From an uncultured Bacilli bacterium (GTDB lineage: Bacteria > Bacillota_I > Bacilli_A > RF39 > UBA660), in assembly GCA_934182615.1 (NCBI GenBank), contig CAKPRO010000001.1, positions 78,197 through 142,196 of the forward strand: 64,000 nucleotides of DNA, read 5' to 3'. The first letter of the stretch is position 1. The number at the start of each line of letters is the position of its first letter. The notes below the pieces were generated by a model. It saw nothing but the letters and a program-made list of their open reading frames with translations. It ran no database searches and was not told where the DNA came from. A program made the translations under genes and the position numbers. Of this stretch, positions 32,133 to 42,707 are shown one piece after another.

Positions 32133-32726
32133 CTATATGTCTTTTCTCCCTTCAAGAGCAAACTCTAATGTCATAGCATCAATATAATCAATATCAGTCC
32201 CCATTGGAATACCCGTAGCAATTCTAGTAATCTTAATATTTTTATTTTCTAATATTTTCTTTATATATTGCATTGTCGTTTCCCCTTCAATTGAAGGTTT
32301 AAGAGCCAAAATAATTTCTTCAATATTTTCCTTATCAATTCTAGAAATCAAACTAGAAATATTAACATCATCAGGCCCTATTCCCTCCAAAGGAGAAATA
32401 AGTCCACCTAAAACATGATATTTACCATTATAAATATTAATCTTTTCAAATAAAGAAATATCCTTTGCCTTTTCCACAACAAAGACTATCTTACTATTTC
32501 TATTAGAATCAGAACAAATATCACAAATATCACTCTCTGTAATATTTCCACATATAGAACAATTAGTTAGTTTATCCCTAACATCAATAATGGCATCAGA
32601 AAAAGATGTCAATTTTTCTTTACTAAAATTTATTAAAGAAAAAGCAAGTCTCTCTGCTGTTTTCTCTCCAATACCAGGTAAATCTTTAAAACAATCAATA
32701 ATATTCTTTATACTGTTAGGATACAT
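32133..32726 (-). CDS. recR: Recombination protein RecR
   Basis: HhH at N-terminus, a C4 zinc finger (CSICGNI...CDIC) and a Toprim domain; 197 aa. Confidence 0.95.
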   Translation of the reverse strand: MYPNSIKNIIDCFKDLPGIGEKTAERLAFSLINFSKEKLTSFSDAIIDVRDKLTNCSICGNITESDICDICSDSNRNSKIVFVVEKAKDISLFEKINIYNGKYHVLGGLISPLEGIGPDDVNISSLISRIDKENIEEIILALKPSIEGETTMQYIKKILENKNIKITRIATGIPMGTDIDYIDAMTLEFALEGRKDI

Positions 32727-32727
32727 C

Positions 32728-33033
32728 TTACATCAAACCATTTAACATATTACTATATTTACCAAGTTTTTCTTTTTTATCTTTTTCCATATTTTCAATA
32801 GCATTATTAACTGCTACTAAAACCATATCTTCTAACATTTCTTTGTCATCTTGTTCTATACTATCAACATCTATATTAACAGAAATAAGTTTATTATTTC
32901 CTCCAACCACAGCTGTCACCAATTGTGATTTACCTTCATAAGTTTTACTTTCTAACTCATTTTGTGTCTTTTCAATATCTCTTTGCATTTTTTTAGCCTG
33001 CATCATTATAGCTTGCATATTCATATTTATCAT
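32728..33033 (-). CDS. ybaB: Nucleoid-associated protein YbaB/EbfC
   Basis: 101 aa with NMQAIMMQAKKMQ N-terminus. Confidence 0.9.
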   Translation of the reverse strand: MINMNMQAIMMQAKKMQRDIEKTQNELESKTYEGKSQLVTAVVGGNNKLISVNIDVDSIEQDDKEMLEDMVLVAVNNAIENMEKDKKEKLGKYSNMLNGLM

Positions 33034-33042
33034 TCTCCTTTA

Positions 33043-34701
33043 TCATTTATATTCTATAATACTATCTCCTACTAAATCAATCAAATCATCAATAGAAGAT
33101 TTTTCTTTCTTATTATTATCATTATTTTCTATTTCCTTAACACTATATTTAATTCCTTTTTTTAAATCATCAATATATTTATTTTTAATAACCTTCCATT
33201 TATCATTATCAACAGCAACAGCATAAACTCTATTACCAAAAAGTCTTTCTAATAATTTCTCAGTAACTTCTAAATTACTATTAATTCTACTTGCTGTAGA
33301 TGGATAATTACAAGATAAAATTACATATTGACTTGCTCCAACCACTATATTAGAATCCTTAAGTAACCCAGAAACGACAGAAAATTCTTCATCATCAATA
33401 TAATCATCTAAACTATTCCATCTTAATTTAAACTCTTCTAATACACTCTTTGAAGCTAAAGCCAAAGAATTATTAACTCTAATTTCAACTTGTTCATCAG
33501 AAATAGAACTATCTTTTATTTCCCGGGAAATATTTTCATTATTTTGGGAAATATTTTTCTCTTTTTTCTCAATTATTTCCCGGGAAATAATTTTTTCACT
33601 ACTTTTCTCATTATTTACCATTAGATTTCCAAATTTTAAATCAGAATATTTAAGAATTGAAATCATAAATATAATTGAACTATGATTAGAAATCTTTATA
33701 GAATTTTGAACACCATTAAGGCTTTCTATTAAATCATATAAATCTTTATCATTATATTTATCAGAAACCAATTTGATATAATCGTTTTTAGTAGAAATAC
33801 TTGATAAAATATTAGCATTTTTATACAAAATAACATCTTTAAGAAAAATAAGCATTTCTTCAACAAACTTATTAATGTCTTTACCAGACTCATCTAAATA
33901 ATCAACAAATTCTATTAATTTAACCTTATTATTATTTTTAATATTATCTAATAATGTATAAAGTTCTTCATATGAAACCGAACCATTAACTTTATAAACA
34001 TCATCGATAGTAATATTATCATTAGAATAAGCTACCAATTGATCTAAAAAGTTTATAGCATCTCTCATTCCACCATCAGATAATCTTGCTATTTCATATA
34101 ATGCATCATCATCAATAGTAATATCTTCAAGATTAGAAATTTCTCTAAGTCTTTCCACTATTTTTTTATCATCAATCTTAGAAAATCTAAATTTTTGACA
34201 TCTTGAAGCTATAGTTAATGGTATTTTATGAGGCTCAGTCGTAGCTAAAATAAATATAACATGACTAGGAGGTTCCTCCAAAGTCTTTAAAAGTGCATTA
34301 AATGCTTGTGTTGTAAGCATATGAACTTCATCTATTATATAGACCTTATATTTAGAATTACTAGGAACTAAATTAATTTTATCCCTTAATTCTCTGATTT
34401 CATCAACACCATTATTCGAAGCAGCATCTATTTCAACAATATCATTACTATTCAAATAATTAAGACAATTATAACATTTCCCACATGGGTTACCATCAAC
34501 TAAATTTTCACAATTAACTAATCTTGCAATAATTTTAGCAATAGTAGTCTTTCCCGTTCCTCTAGGTCCACAAAAAAGATAAGCATGGGACACTTTTCCA
34601 GAAACAATAGCATTTTTAATAACAGTAACAACCTCTTCTTGTCCATAAACACTATTAAAATCAACAGGTCTATATTTTCTATACAAAGCTAAATATCCCA
34701 T
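33043..34701 (-). CDS. dnaX: DNA polymerase III subunits gamma/tau
   Basis: GPRGTGKTT Walker A, CGKCYNC zinc module and an SRC motif (TIASRCQ); 552 aa. The linker region contains two in-frame Noc-binding palindromes. Confidence 0.95.
   Translation of the reverse strand: MGYLALYRKYRPVDFNSVYGQEEVVTVIKNAIVSGKVSHAYLFCGPRGTGKTTIAKIIARLVNCENLVDGNPCGKCYNCLNYLNSNDIVEIDAASNNGVDEIRELRDKINLVPSNSKYKVYIIDEVHMLTTQAFNALLKTLEEPPSHVIFILATTEPHKIPLTIASRCQKFRFSKIDDKKIVERLREISNLEDITIDDDALYEIARLSDGGMRDAINFLDQLVAYSNDNITIDDVYKVNGSVSYEELYTLLDNIKNNNKVKLIEFVDYLDESGKDINKFVEEMLIFLKDVILYKNANILSSISTKNDYIKLVSDKYNDKDLYDLIESLNGVQNSIKISNHSSIIFMISILKYSDLKFGNLMVNNEKSSEKIISREIIEKKEKNISQNNENISREIKDSSISDEQVEIRVNNSLALASKSVLEEFKLRWNSLDDYIDDEEFSVVSGLLKDSNIVVGASQYVILSCNYPSTASRINSNLEVTEKLLERLFGNRVYAVAVDNDKWKVIKNKYIDDLKKGIKYSVKEIENNDNNKKEKSSIDDLIDLVGDSIIEYK
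33517..33599. promoter_or_regulatory. Two Noc-binding-site palindromes (TATTTCCCGGGAAATA) inside the dnaX coding sequence
   Basis: Exact 16-mers at 33517-33532 and 33584-33599, translated in frame as ...ISREI... / KIISREII in the tau linker. A TTGGGAAATAT half-site lies between them. Confidence 0.7.
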
Positions 34702-34748
34702 AAAATACCTCCTACATAAACATTATACCACATAAAACAAAGAAAACA

Positions 34749-35177
34749 TCATTTTTTTCTCTTTTTTTTAAAAAAATCAGATAATATTTCAGAGCATTTA
34801 TTGCTTTTAATATAATTCAAAGAAACATATGGCTCTACAGTTGTTTTATTGTACATTTGTATGCCTTGTCTGATAGTGCCATAATAAATATTTTTAATTC
34901 TACTCTCCATAATAGCTCCAACACACATCATACAAGGCTCTAAAGTAACATATAAAGAGCAGTCATCTAACCTCCAACTCCCCAATTTTCGACACGCTCT
35001 GCTGATAGCCACTATCTCAGCATGCATTATAGCATCATTTTCCCTCTCTTTTTCATTGTATCCACAGGCGATGAGCTCATTTCCTCGAAATATGGCACAA
35101 CCAACAGGTATTTCATCCAAATTATAAGCAATTTTAGCTTGCTCAAAAGCCACTTCTAATTTATCAACATCCATCAT
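34749..35177 (-). CDS. tadA: tRNA-specific adenosine deaminase
   Basis: HAE and PC..C CMP/dCMP deaminase zinc motifs (HAEIVAI, EPCMMCVGA). Preferred start is the ATG at 35177, which has an AGAGGAGAAG RBS. The longer ORF to 35210 begins with MFHVEH, which is simply the parS palindrome read as codons. Confidence 0.85.
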   Translation of the reverse strand: MMDVDKLEVAFEQAKIAYNLDEIPVGCAIFRGNELIACGYNEKERENDAIMHAEIVAISRACRKLGSWRLDDCSLYVTLEPCMMCVGAIMESRIKNIYYGTIRQGIQMYNKTTVEPYVSLNYIKSNKCSEILSDFFKKKRKK

Positions 35178-35203
35178 AATATCTTCTCCTCTATGTTCCA
35201 CGT

Positions 35204-35968
35204 GGAACATAAAAAAATATTATCATAGTAATTATCAAATTTCAAAATATTATATTTTAAATTAAACAAAACATTTAAAAATCTCATGTTCCACGTGAAA
35301 CATTGATTGTTTTTTTATAATTAAATTTATTATTAATAATCATTAACAACAAAAATATAATAATAAAAGAATATAATTCAAAGATTACAAAAAAAATATA
35401 AATAGCTTTTTAAAATAAATAAAAATTGTTGATGAATTCATGTTCCACGTGAAACATTAAAATAATCATTTATCTAAAGCAAGTTATTATTAATTTCAAA
35501 TATACAAAAAATAATAATTAAAACATATAAAAATAAAATACGTAATAATTTAATTTGAAAATTATATAGGAAAAAGCTGTTGATAATCTATGTTCCACGT
35601 GAAACATAGAATTTACTTTCAAATTTTATTTAATATTTAATACATAAAACATTTCTAATCAACATAGTATTAAAAATTATTTCTATTAAATAATTTTTTT
35701 TATGGCTAATTTAATATATTTTTTACATATATTAATTAACTGTTGATAACCAATGTTCCACGTGGAACATGAGTTATTATTTTATAATTAAATTTGTTAT
35801 TAATAATCATTAATGAATAAAATACAATAATAAATATATATAATTCAAAAATCACATAACAAATATAAACGACTTTTAAAAATAAATAAAAAATTGTTGA
35901 TAACCAATGTTCCACGTGGAACATGAAGTTAGTTATCTAATTATTATTGCTATGTTTCACGTGAAACA
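35204..35968. repeat. Tandem array of seven parS (ParB/Spo0J centromere) sites, ~150-bp period, each unit with a DnaA-box-like TTATCAACA
   Basis: 16-mers at 35204-35219, 35287-35302, 35441-35456, 35591-35606, 35754-35769, 35908-35923, 35953-35968. Three are TGTTCCACGTGAAACA (exact B. subtilis consensus), three are the symmetric TGTTCCACGTGGAACA, one is fully palindromic TGTTTCACGTGAAACA. Spacers are paralogous AT-rich ~130-bp units ending in TGTTGATAA(CC). Confidence 0.8.
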
Positions 35969-36007
35969 TAGTATAATTTTAAATCTAATTTATCAACAGG
36001 CATAAAA

Positions 36008-36086
36008 AAAGATACACACACTAAATAAATGTTAAAGCTGCTGACTTCCGTCCCTGACTTGGTTCCATCATTTAATGTTGTATCAA
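36008..36086 (-). ncRNA. ffs: Small (4.5S-type) signal recognition particle RNA
   Basis: Minus strand contains CCAAGUCAGGGACGGAAGUCAGCAGC, matching the conserved SRP domain IV (AGGUCAGGUCCGGAAGGAAGCAGC). 5' and 3' ends can pair; a U-run lies at 36001-36010. A perfect promoter sits upstream. Confidence 0.6.
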
Positions 36087-36091
36087 CAAGT

Positions 36092-36120
36092 ATTATATAA
36101 CAATTAAAAAACATAGTCAA
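36092..36120 (-). promoter_or_regulatory. Sigma-A promoter of the SRP RNA (TTGACT-17-TATAAT)
   Basis: Minus strand TTGACT (plus 36115-36120), a 17-nt spacer and TATAAT (plus 36092-36097), about 7 nt before the predicted RNA 5' end. Confidence 0.55.
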
Positions 36121-36233
36121 TATAAGCAAATAAACATACAAATGTATGTTTATTTGCTTATAAACTATATATATTAAAGAATTTTATAAAATTAATAATT
36201 GCTTAATTGTGATTAAAATTTAGTAATAAAAAT

Positions 36234-36249
36234 TATTTCCCGGGAAATA
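36234..36249. promoter_or_regulatory. Noc-binding-site palindrome TATTTCCCGGGAAATA
   Basis: Exact 16-mer within an extended AATTATTTCCCGGGAAATAA, downstream of gyrA. Confidence 0.65.
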
Positions 36250-36254
36250 AAATA

Positions 36255-36288
36255 TAAAAATGAAGACACCAAGACTTCATTTTTTACA
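36255..36288 (-). terminator. Intrinsic terminator downstream of gyrA
   Basis: Minus strand AAAAATGAAGTCTTGGTGTCTTCATTTTTATATTTT: a GC-poor hairpin plus U-run. Confidence 0.45.
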
Positions 36289-36290
36289 TT

Positions 36291-36341
36291 AAAGACTACA
36301 GACTTTAATGTACACTGAGAGATATAATATAGCTCGAAGTG
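36291..36341 (-). repeat. REP-like ~50-nt element (copy a), directly 3' of the gyrA stop
   Basis: Minus-strand form CACTTCGAGCT...TCTCAGTGT...CATTAAAG-TCTGTAGT-CTTTAATG. Shares 5' motifs and a hairpin with conserved loop with the copies at 47452, 56438, 56594 and 61391. Confidence 0.6.
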
Positions 36342-36354
36342 AAAAAAAAGAAAG

Positions 36355-38883
36355 CTATTCACTTTCCTTTTCGATATTTTCACCATTAATATTATCATCA
36401 CTAACTTCTTCTCTATCAACAATAGAAGTAGAACTAACAATACTATCTTCTTTTAAATTAATAAGTTTAACACCTTGAGTAACTCTACTCATAGTAGAAA
36501 TCTTATCAACAGCCAATCTAATAATAATACCAGAATCAGTAATAATCATTAAGTCTTTACTATCATCAACTGTCTTAAATGACACAATAGAACCATTCTT
36601 TTCAGTAATATTAACAGTCTTAACACCTTTACCACCACGATTAGTAATTCTATATTCATCAACAGGTGTCTTCTTACCATAACCCTTTTCAGTAATAACA
36701 AGTACATACTCATTAGGTTCAACAATTTCCATACCAACAAGTATACCACCATCAAGATTAATACCTCTAACACCAGAAGCACTTCTACCCATAATTCTAA
36801 CAGCATCTTCATTAAATCTAACCATTCTACCATTAGAAGAAGCCATTAATATCTCATCATTGCCAGTAGTTTTCTTAACAGATACAAGTTCATCATCATC
36901 TTTTAAAGTAATAAACTTCTTACCATTATTCCTAATACTATCAAATTCAGATATATCAGTCCTTTTAATTAAACCACTTTTAGTAGCAAATACCAAACAC
37001 TTGTATTCATCATTATTAGATATCTTCAATAAAGAAGTAACCTTTTCATCTTTATCTAAAGATAATAAATTAATAATAGGTAATCCTTTAGATTGTCTAC
37101 TGTACTCAGGAATCTCATAACCCTTAATTCTATATACTTTACCCTTATTAGTAAACATAAGAATATAATCATGACTAGTCGCATTAATCAAATGCTCTAC
37201 AAAATCCTCTTCATTAGTAGCCATACCTTTAACACCCATACCACCTCTATTTTGAGTTTTATAAGTATCAGCAGGTAATCTCTTAATATAACCCTTATTA
37301 GTTAAAGTAATAACAACATTCTCAACAGGAATCAAAGATTCATCTTCAATATAATCAATAGCAGTCATATCAATATGTGTTCTTCTCTCATCAGCATATT
37401 TATCTTTAATTTCAAGCATTTCAGTCTTAATAACCTCAAGAATCTTCTCTTCACTAGCTAATATTTCTTCTAATTCCTTAACTAATTTTTCAAGTTCAGC
37501 AATCTCTTCTTCAATCTTAGATTTTTCAAGTCCAGTAAGTCTCTTCAATCTCATATCAAGAATAGCTTGAGATTGAACCTCTGATAAAGCAAAATTAGAC
37601 ATAAGTCCAGCTTTAGCCTCATCGTCATCAGCAGACTCTCTAATAATCTTAATAACTCTATCAATATTATCAAGAGCAATCTTTAAACCATCTAATATAT
37701 GTAATCTATCCTTATATCTCTTTAAATCAAATTGACATCTACGATAAATAACATGTTTCTGATGATCAATATACTTCTCAATAATCTCTCTTAAACCAAG
37801 TGTTCTAGGACTTCCATCCACAAGCATTAAGAAATTAATACCATAAGAAGTCTGAAGTTGCGTATGCTTATATAAGTTATTTAAAACAACATTAGCATTA
37901 GCCTCTTTCTTAACATCAATAACAATCTTAATACCCTCTAAAGCCGATTCATCACTTAAATTAGAAATACCATCAATAACCTTATCTCTAACAAGTTCAC
38001 CAATTCTTTGAATCAAAGCCTTCTTATTAACCTGATATGGAAGCTCTGTAATAACGATTCTGTGCTTATTATGAGTCTCTTCTACAGTAGCCATACCTCT
38101 AATAGTAATAGCTCCTCTACCGCTCTCATATGCCCTTTTAATGCCACTATTACCAAGAATAACACCAGCAGTAGGAAAATCAGGTCCCTTAATATATTGC
38201 ATAAGTTCAGTAACAGTAATCTCTGGATTATCAATATAAGCAACACATCCATCAATAACTTCACCTAAATTATGTGGTGGAATATTAGTAGCCATACCAA
38301 CAGCAATACCCATATTACCATTAACTAATATATTAGGAAATCTACTAGGTAATACAACAGGCTCTTTTCTCTGACCATCATAATTCTCCGAAAAATCAAC
38401 AGTATCCTTATTTAAATCTCTTAAAAGTTCCATCGATATCTTAGCAAGTCTAGCCTCAGTATAACGACTAGCAGCTGCTCCATCACCATCAATAGAACCA
38501 AAATTACCATGTCCATCAACAAGTGTATGTCGATAAGTAAAGTCTTGAGCCATTCTAACCATAGATTCATAAATAGCAGAATCACCATGTGGATGATAAT
38601 GACCCATAACAGCACCAACAGCATTAGCAGATTTCTGATATTTCTTATCAGGAGTCATACCCTCTTCATATAAAGTATATAAAATTCTTCTATGAACAGG
38701 CTTAAGACCATCTCTAACATCAGGAAGAGCTCTAGCAACAATAACACTCATTGAATAATCAAGGAAAGACTTCCTCATTTCACCAACAATATTAACTGCT
38801 ACTTTTCTATCTCTCTCATGATTATTATCTTCACCCATATCTTCTATATTCAAATTTTTATCTACATTCTTATCTTCCATCAT
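36355..38883 (-). CDS. gyrA: DNA gyrase subunit A
   Basis: 842 aa with the active-site Tyr region, a QRDR-like segment and C-terminal beta-pinwheel repeats. Confidence 0.97.
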   Translation of the reverse strand: MMEDKNVDKNLNIEDMGEDNNHERDRKVAVNIVGEMRKSFLDYSMSVIVARALPDVRDGLKPVHRRILYTLYEEGMTPDKKYQKSANAVGAVMGHYHPHGDSAIYESMVRMAQDFTYRHTLVDGHGNFGSIDGDGAAASRYTEARLAKISMELLRDLNKDTVDFSENYDGQRKEPVVLPSRFPNILVNGNMGIAVGMATNIPPHNLGEVIDGCVAYIDNPEITVTELMQYIKGPDFPTAGVILGNSGIKRAYESGRGAITIRGMATVEETHNKHRIVITELPYQVNKKALIQRIGELVRDKVIDGISNLSDESALEGIKIVIDVKKEANANVVLNNLYKHTQLQTSYGINFLMLVDGSPRTLGLREIIEKYIDHQKHVIYRRCQFDLKRYKDRLHILDGLKIALDNIDRVIKIIRESADDDEAKAGLMSNFALSEVQSQAILDMRLKRLTGLEKSKIEEEIAELEKLVKELEEILASEEKILEVIKTEMLEIKDKYADERRTHIDMTAIDYIEDESLIPVENVVITLTNKGYIKRLPADTYKTQNRGGMGVKGMATNEEDFVEHLINATSHDYILMFTNKGKVYRIKGYEIPEYSRQSKGLPIINLLSLDKDEKVTSLLKISNNDEYKCLVFATKSGLIKRTDISEFDSIRNNGKKFITLKDDDELVSVKKTTGNDEILMASSNGRMVRFNEDAVRIMGRSASGVRGINLDGGILVGMEIVEPNEYVLVITEKGYGKKTPVDEYRITNRGGKGVKTVNITEKNGSIVSFKTVDDSKDLMIITDSGIIIRLAVDKISTMSRVTQGVKLINLKEDSIVSSTSIVDREEVSDDNINGENIEKESE

Positions 38884-38890
38884 AAACCTC

Positions 38891-40810
<1,920 letters not shown>

Positions 40811-40826
40811 CTATCACCTTCCTGCA

Positions 40827-41927
40827 TCAAATTATTTCCCGGGAAATAATTTTACCATTTTCTATTCTATAAACATTAGCTTTATTTCTCACATTTTTAT
40901 CAATATTTTCAATATCCGTAGTAGTAACTATCGTTTGAATATCATTATCTAAATATTTAATTACCTTATTTCTCTTATCAATATCTAATTCACTAAATAT
41001 ATCATCCAAAAGTAAAATAGGCGTATCAGACAAAACATCCGTAAATAATTTAACTTCTGCTAACTTAAGAGCAAGTACAGCACTCCTTATTTGTCCCTGT
41101 GAACCATATAAAGATAAATTCTTTCCATTCAAATCAAAATAAAAATCATCTCTATTAGGTCCAATAAAAGTAATCTTATACTGAATTTCTCTTGATAAAT
41201 TACTTTTAAGTTTATCTTTAAATAAATTATTATCTAAATTACTAACATTAGAAGTATATATCATCTTAAGTCCTTCTAATCCTGTAATAGAACTAAATAT
41301 ATCATCTATATATTTATTAACTAAGTCTACATATTTCCTTCTAAAATTATAAATAACTATTGATAAACCAATATATTTATCATTAAGAATATCTAAATAA
41401 TTCATATCACTCTCTTTATTAATATTAATAATCTTCAAAAATTCATTTCTTTGACGTAAAACTAAATTATAATTATTTAAATTTGCTAAATAAATCTTAT
41501 TAATTTGACTAATTTGAATATTAAAGTATTTTCTTCTACAAGATGGACTATCTTTAAATATTCTAATACTATCACTACTAAAAAGAATAACATTCATTTT
41601 AGAAATATAGTCACTTAATTTTTTGATCTCTTTTTTATTTATCTTAACAACCTTACCATTCTCATTAATTAATAGTTCAAGTTCATCATAAGAACCATTA
41701 TAATCAACAATTCCTTTAATCATTGAATATCTACTATTAAAATTAATAAGATTCTTATCACTAATAGATAAAAAAGACTTCGTAACAGCAAGTACATAAA
41801 TAGATTCTAGTAAATTAGTTTTTCCTTGAGCATTATCTCCTATTATAATATTTAAATTATTATTAAATTCTAATAAAATATCATCATAATTACGATAATT
41901 TTTTAAATAAATTTTTTGTAATTTCAA
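40827..41927 (-). CDS. recF: DNA replication and repair protein RecF
   Basis: GDNAQGKTNLLE Walker A and an ABC signature; 366 aa. The last eight codons (KIISREII) and the TGA stop are supplied by a Noc-binding palindrome. Confidence 0.95.
   Translation of the reverse strand: MKLQKIYLKNYRNYDDILLEFNNNLNIIIGDNAQGKTNLLESIYVLAVTKSFLSISDKNLINFNSRYSMIKGIVDYNGSYDELELLINENGKVVKINKKEIKKLSDYISKMNVILFSSDSIRIFKDSPSCRRKYFNIQISQINKIYLANLNNYNLVLRQRNEFLKIININKESDMNYLDILNDKYIGLSIVIYNFRRKYVDLVNKYIDDIFSSITGLEGLKMIYTSNVSNLDNNLFKDKLKSNLSREIQYKITFIGPNRDDFYFDLNGKNLSLYGSQGQIRSAVLALKLAEVKLFTDVLSDTPILLLDDIFSELDIDKRNKVIKYLDNDIQTIVTTTDIENIDKNVRNKANVYRIENGKIISREII
40833..40848. promoter_or_regulatory. Noc-binding-site palindrome forming the recF 3' end (part of a 29-bp repeat identical to 53707-53735)
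   Basis: CAAATTATTTCCCGGGAAATAATTTTACC at 40827-40855 is identical to 53707-53735. Confidence 0.7.
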
Positions 41928-42053
41928 TATAAAGTCATTTTCTTGCCCATATTTTCACCTTTACTAATCTCATGTACCCCTATACATATATAATTATACC
42001 ATATTTCAATAAAAATTAAAAGAAAAAACACATATTTTCTATGTATTTTTTCC

Positions 42054-42509
42054 TTATTTTTCAACGGTTTTTCTCATAATTCCATTTAAATATTTTTCTA
42101 TCTTTATACACTTCGTAATTTGATTATCAATCGTAGTATAAGGTACCTTAATATTCATCTCTTTACCATTATCAAAATATATTTTTGTACCATTACTTTC
42201 TTTAACATATCTAGTAATATTATTATAAGCAAGCCATATACATTTCTTAGAACTAGGAGTACATGTAGGAAAGAAAATAATCATATTATAAGAAGATACA
42301 ATAATAGGAGTCTTAATATAATAATTAAAAATATCAATAACAAATTGCCTCTGAATATTATAAGAATTACCATAAAAATTACACCCATATTTAAGTAATT
42401 TAAGACAATCAATACTCAAATAAAAATCCTTATTCTTCTCCACAACATAAGTACCATATCCATTAGAAGTAAAGCACAAAACATCATCAGTAAGAATATA
42501 ATTTCTCAT
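42054..42509 (-). CDS. comK: ComK family protein (competence transcription factor family)
   Basis: Alignable to B. subtilis ComK across the conserved core: CNFYGNSY / CRFFGSSY; KTPIIVSSYNMIIFFPT / KPPIMVDPSNQIFLFPT; FDNGKEMNIKVPY / FSNGKTMELPISY. The start is assigned to the ATG at 42509, which has a GGAGAGGGGGA RBS. Confidence 0.7.
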   Translation of the reverse strand: MRNYILTDDVLCFTSNGYGTYVVEKNKDFYLSIDCLKLLKYGCNFYGNSYNIQRQFVIDIFNYYIKTPIIVSSYNMIIFFPTCTPSSKKCIWLAYNNITRYVKESNGTKIYFDNGKEMNIKVPYTTIDNQITKCIKIEKYLNGIMRKTVEK

Positions 42510-42707
42510 AAAATCCCCCTCTCCACATATAAAAATATGTACCATGTATTAAAGCATATAATCATGTCGAATTTTATCAAAATATGTCGTAAATTATCAA
42601 AAATTTTCCTTTTCTTAACATTTCTATCATCAAAATTACTGTTTTATCACAAAAAAAATAGATAAAAGAATCAAATCCCTTATCTATTAAACAAATATAA
42701 ATCAAAA

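Noticed and set aside
35204-35968. CRISPR array interpretation of the regularly spaced palindromic repeats
   Set aside because: Repeats are 16-18 bp and spacers ~130 bp, and the spacers are paralogous to each other. CRISPR arrays have 28-37-bp repeats with unique 30-40-bp spacers. The repeats exactly match the parS consensus instead.
35736-36141. Track ORFs 35736-35924 and 35950-36141 (and the MFHVEH extension of tadA) as protein-coding genes
   Set aside because: They lie entirely in the parS array and SRP RNA region and have no RBS. Their ATG plus MFHVEH starts are simply the parS palindrome read as codons. Composition is low-complexity.
36001-36355. An rRNA operon in the gyrA-tadA gap, as in B. 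subtilis rrnO
   Set aside because: The gap is only ~1.1 kb and contains no rRNA-like conserved stretches. It is fully accounted for by the SRP RNA, the Noc site, the REP-like element, the terminator and the parS array.
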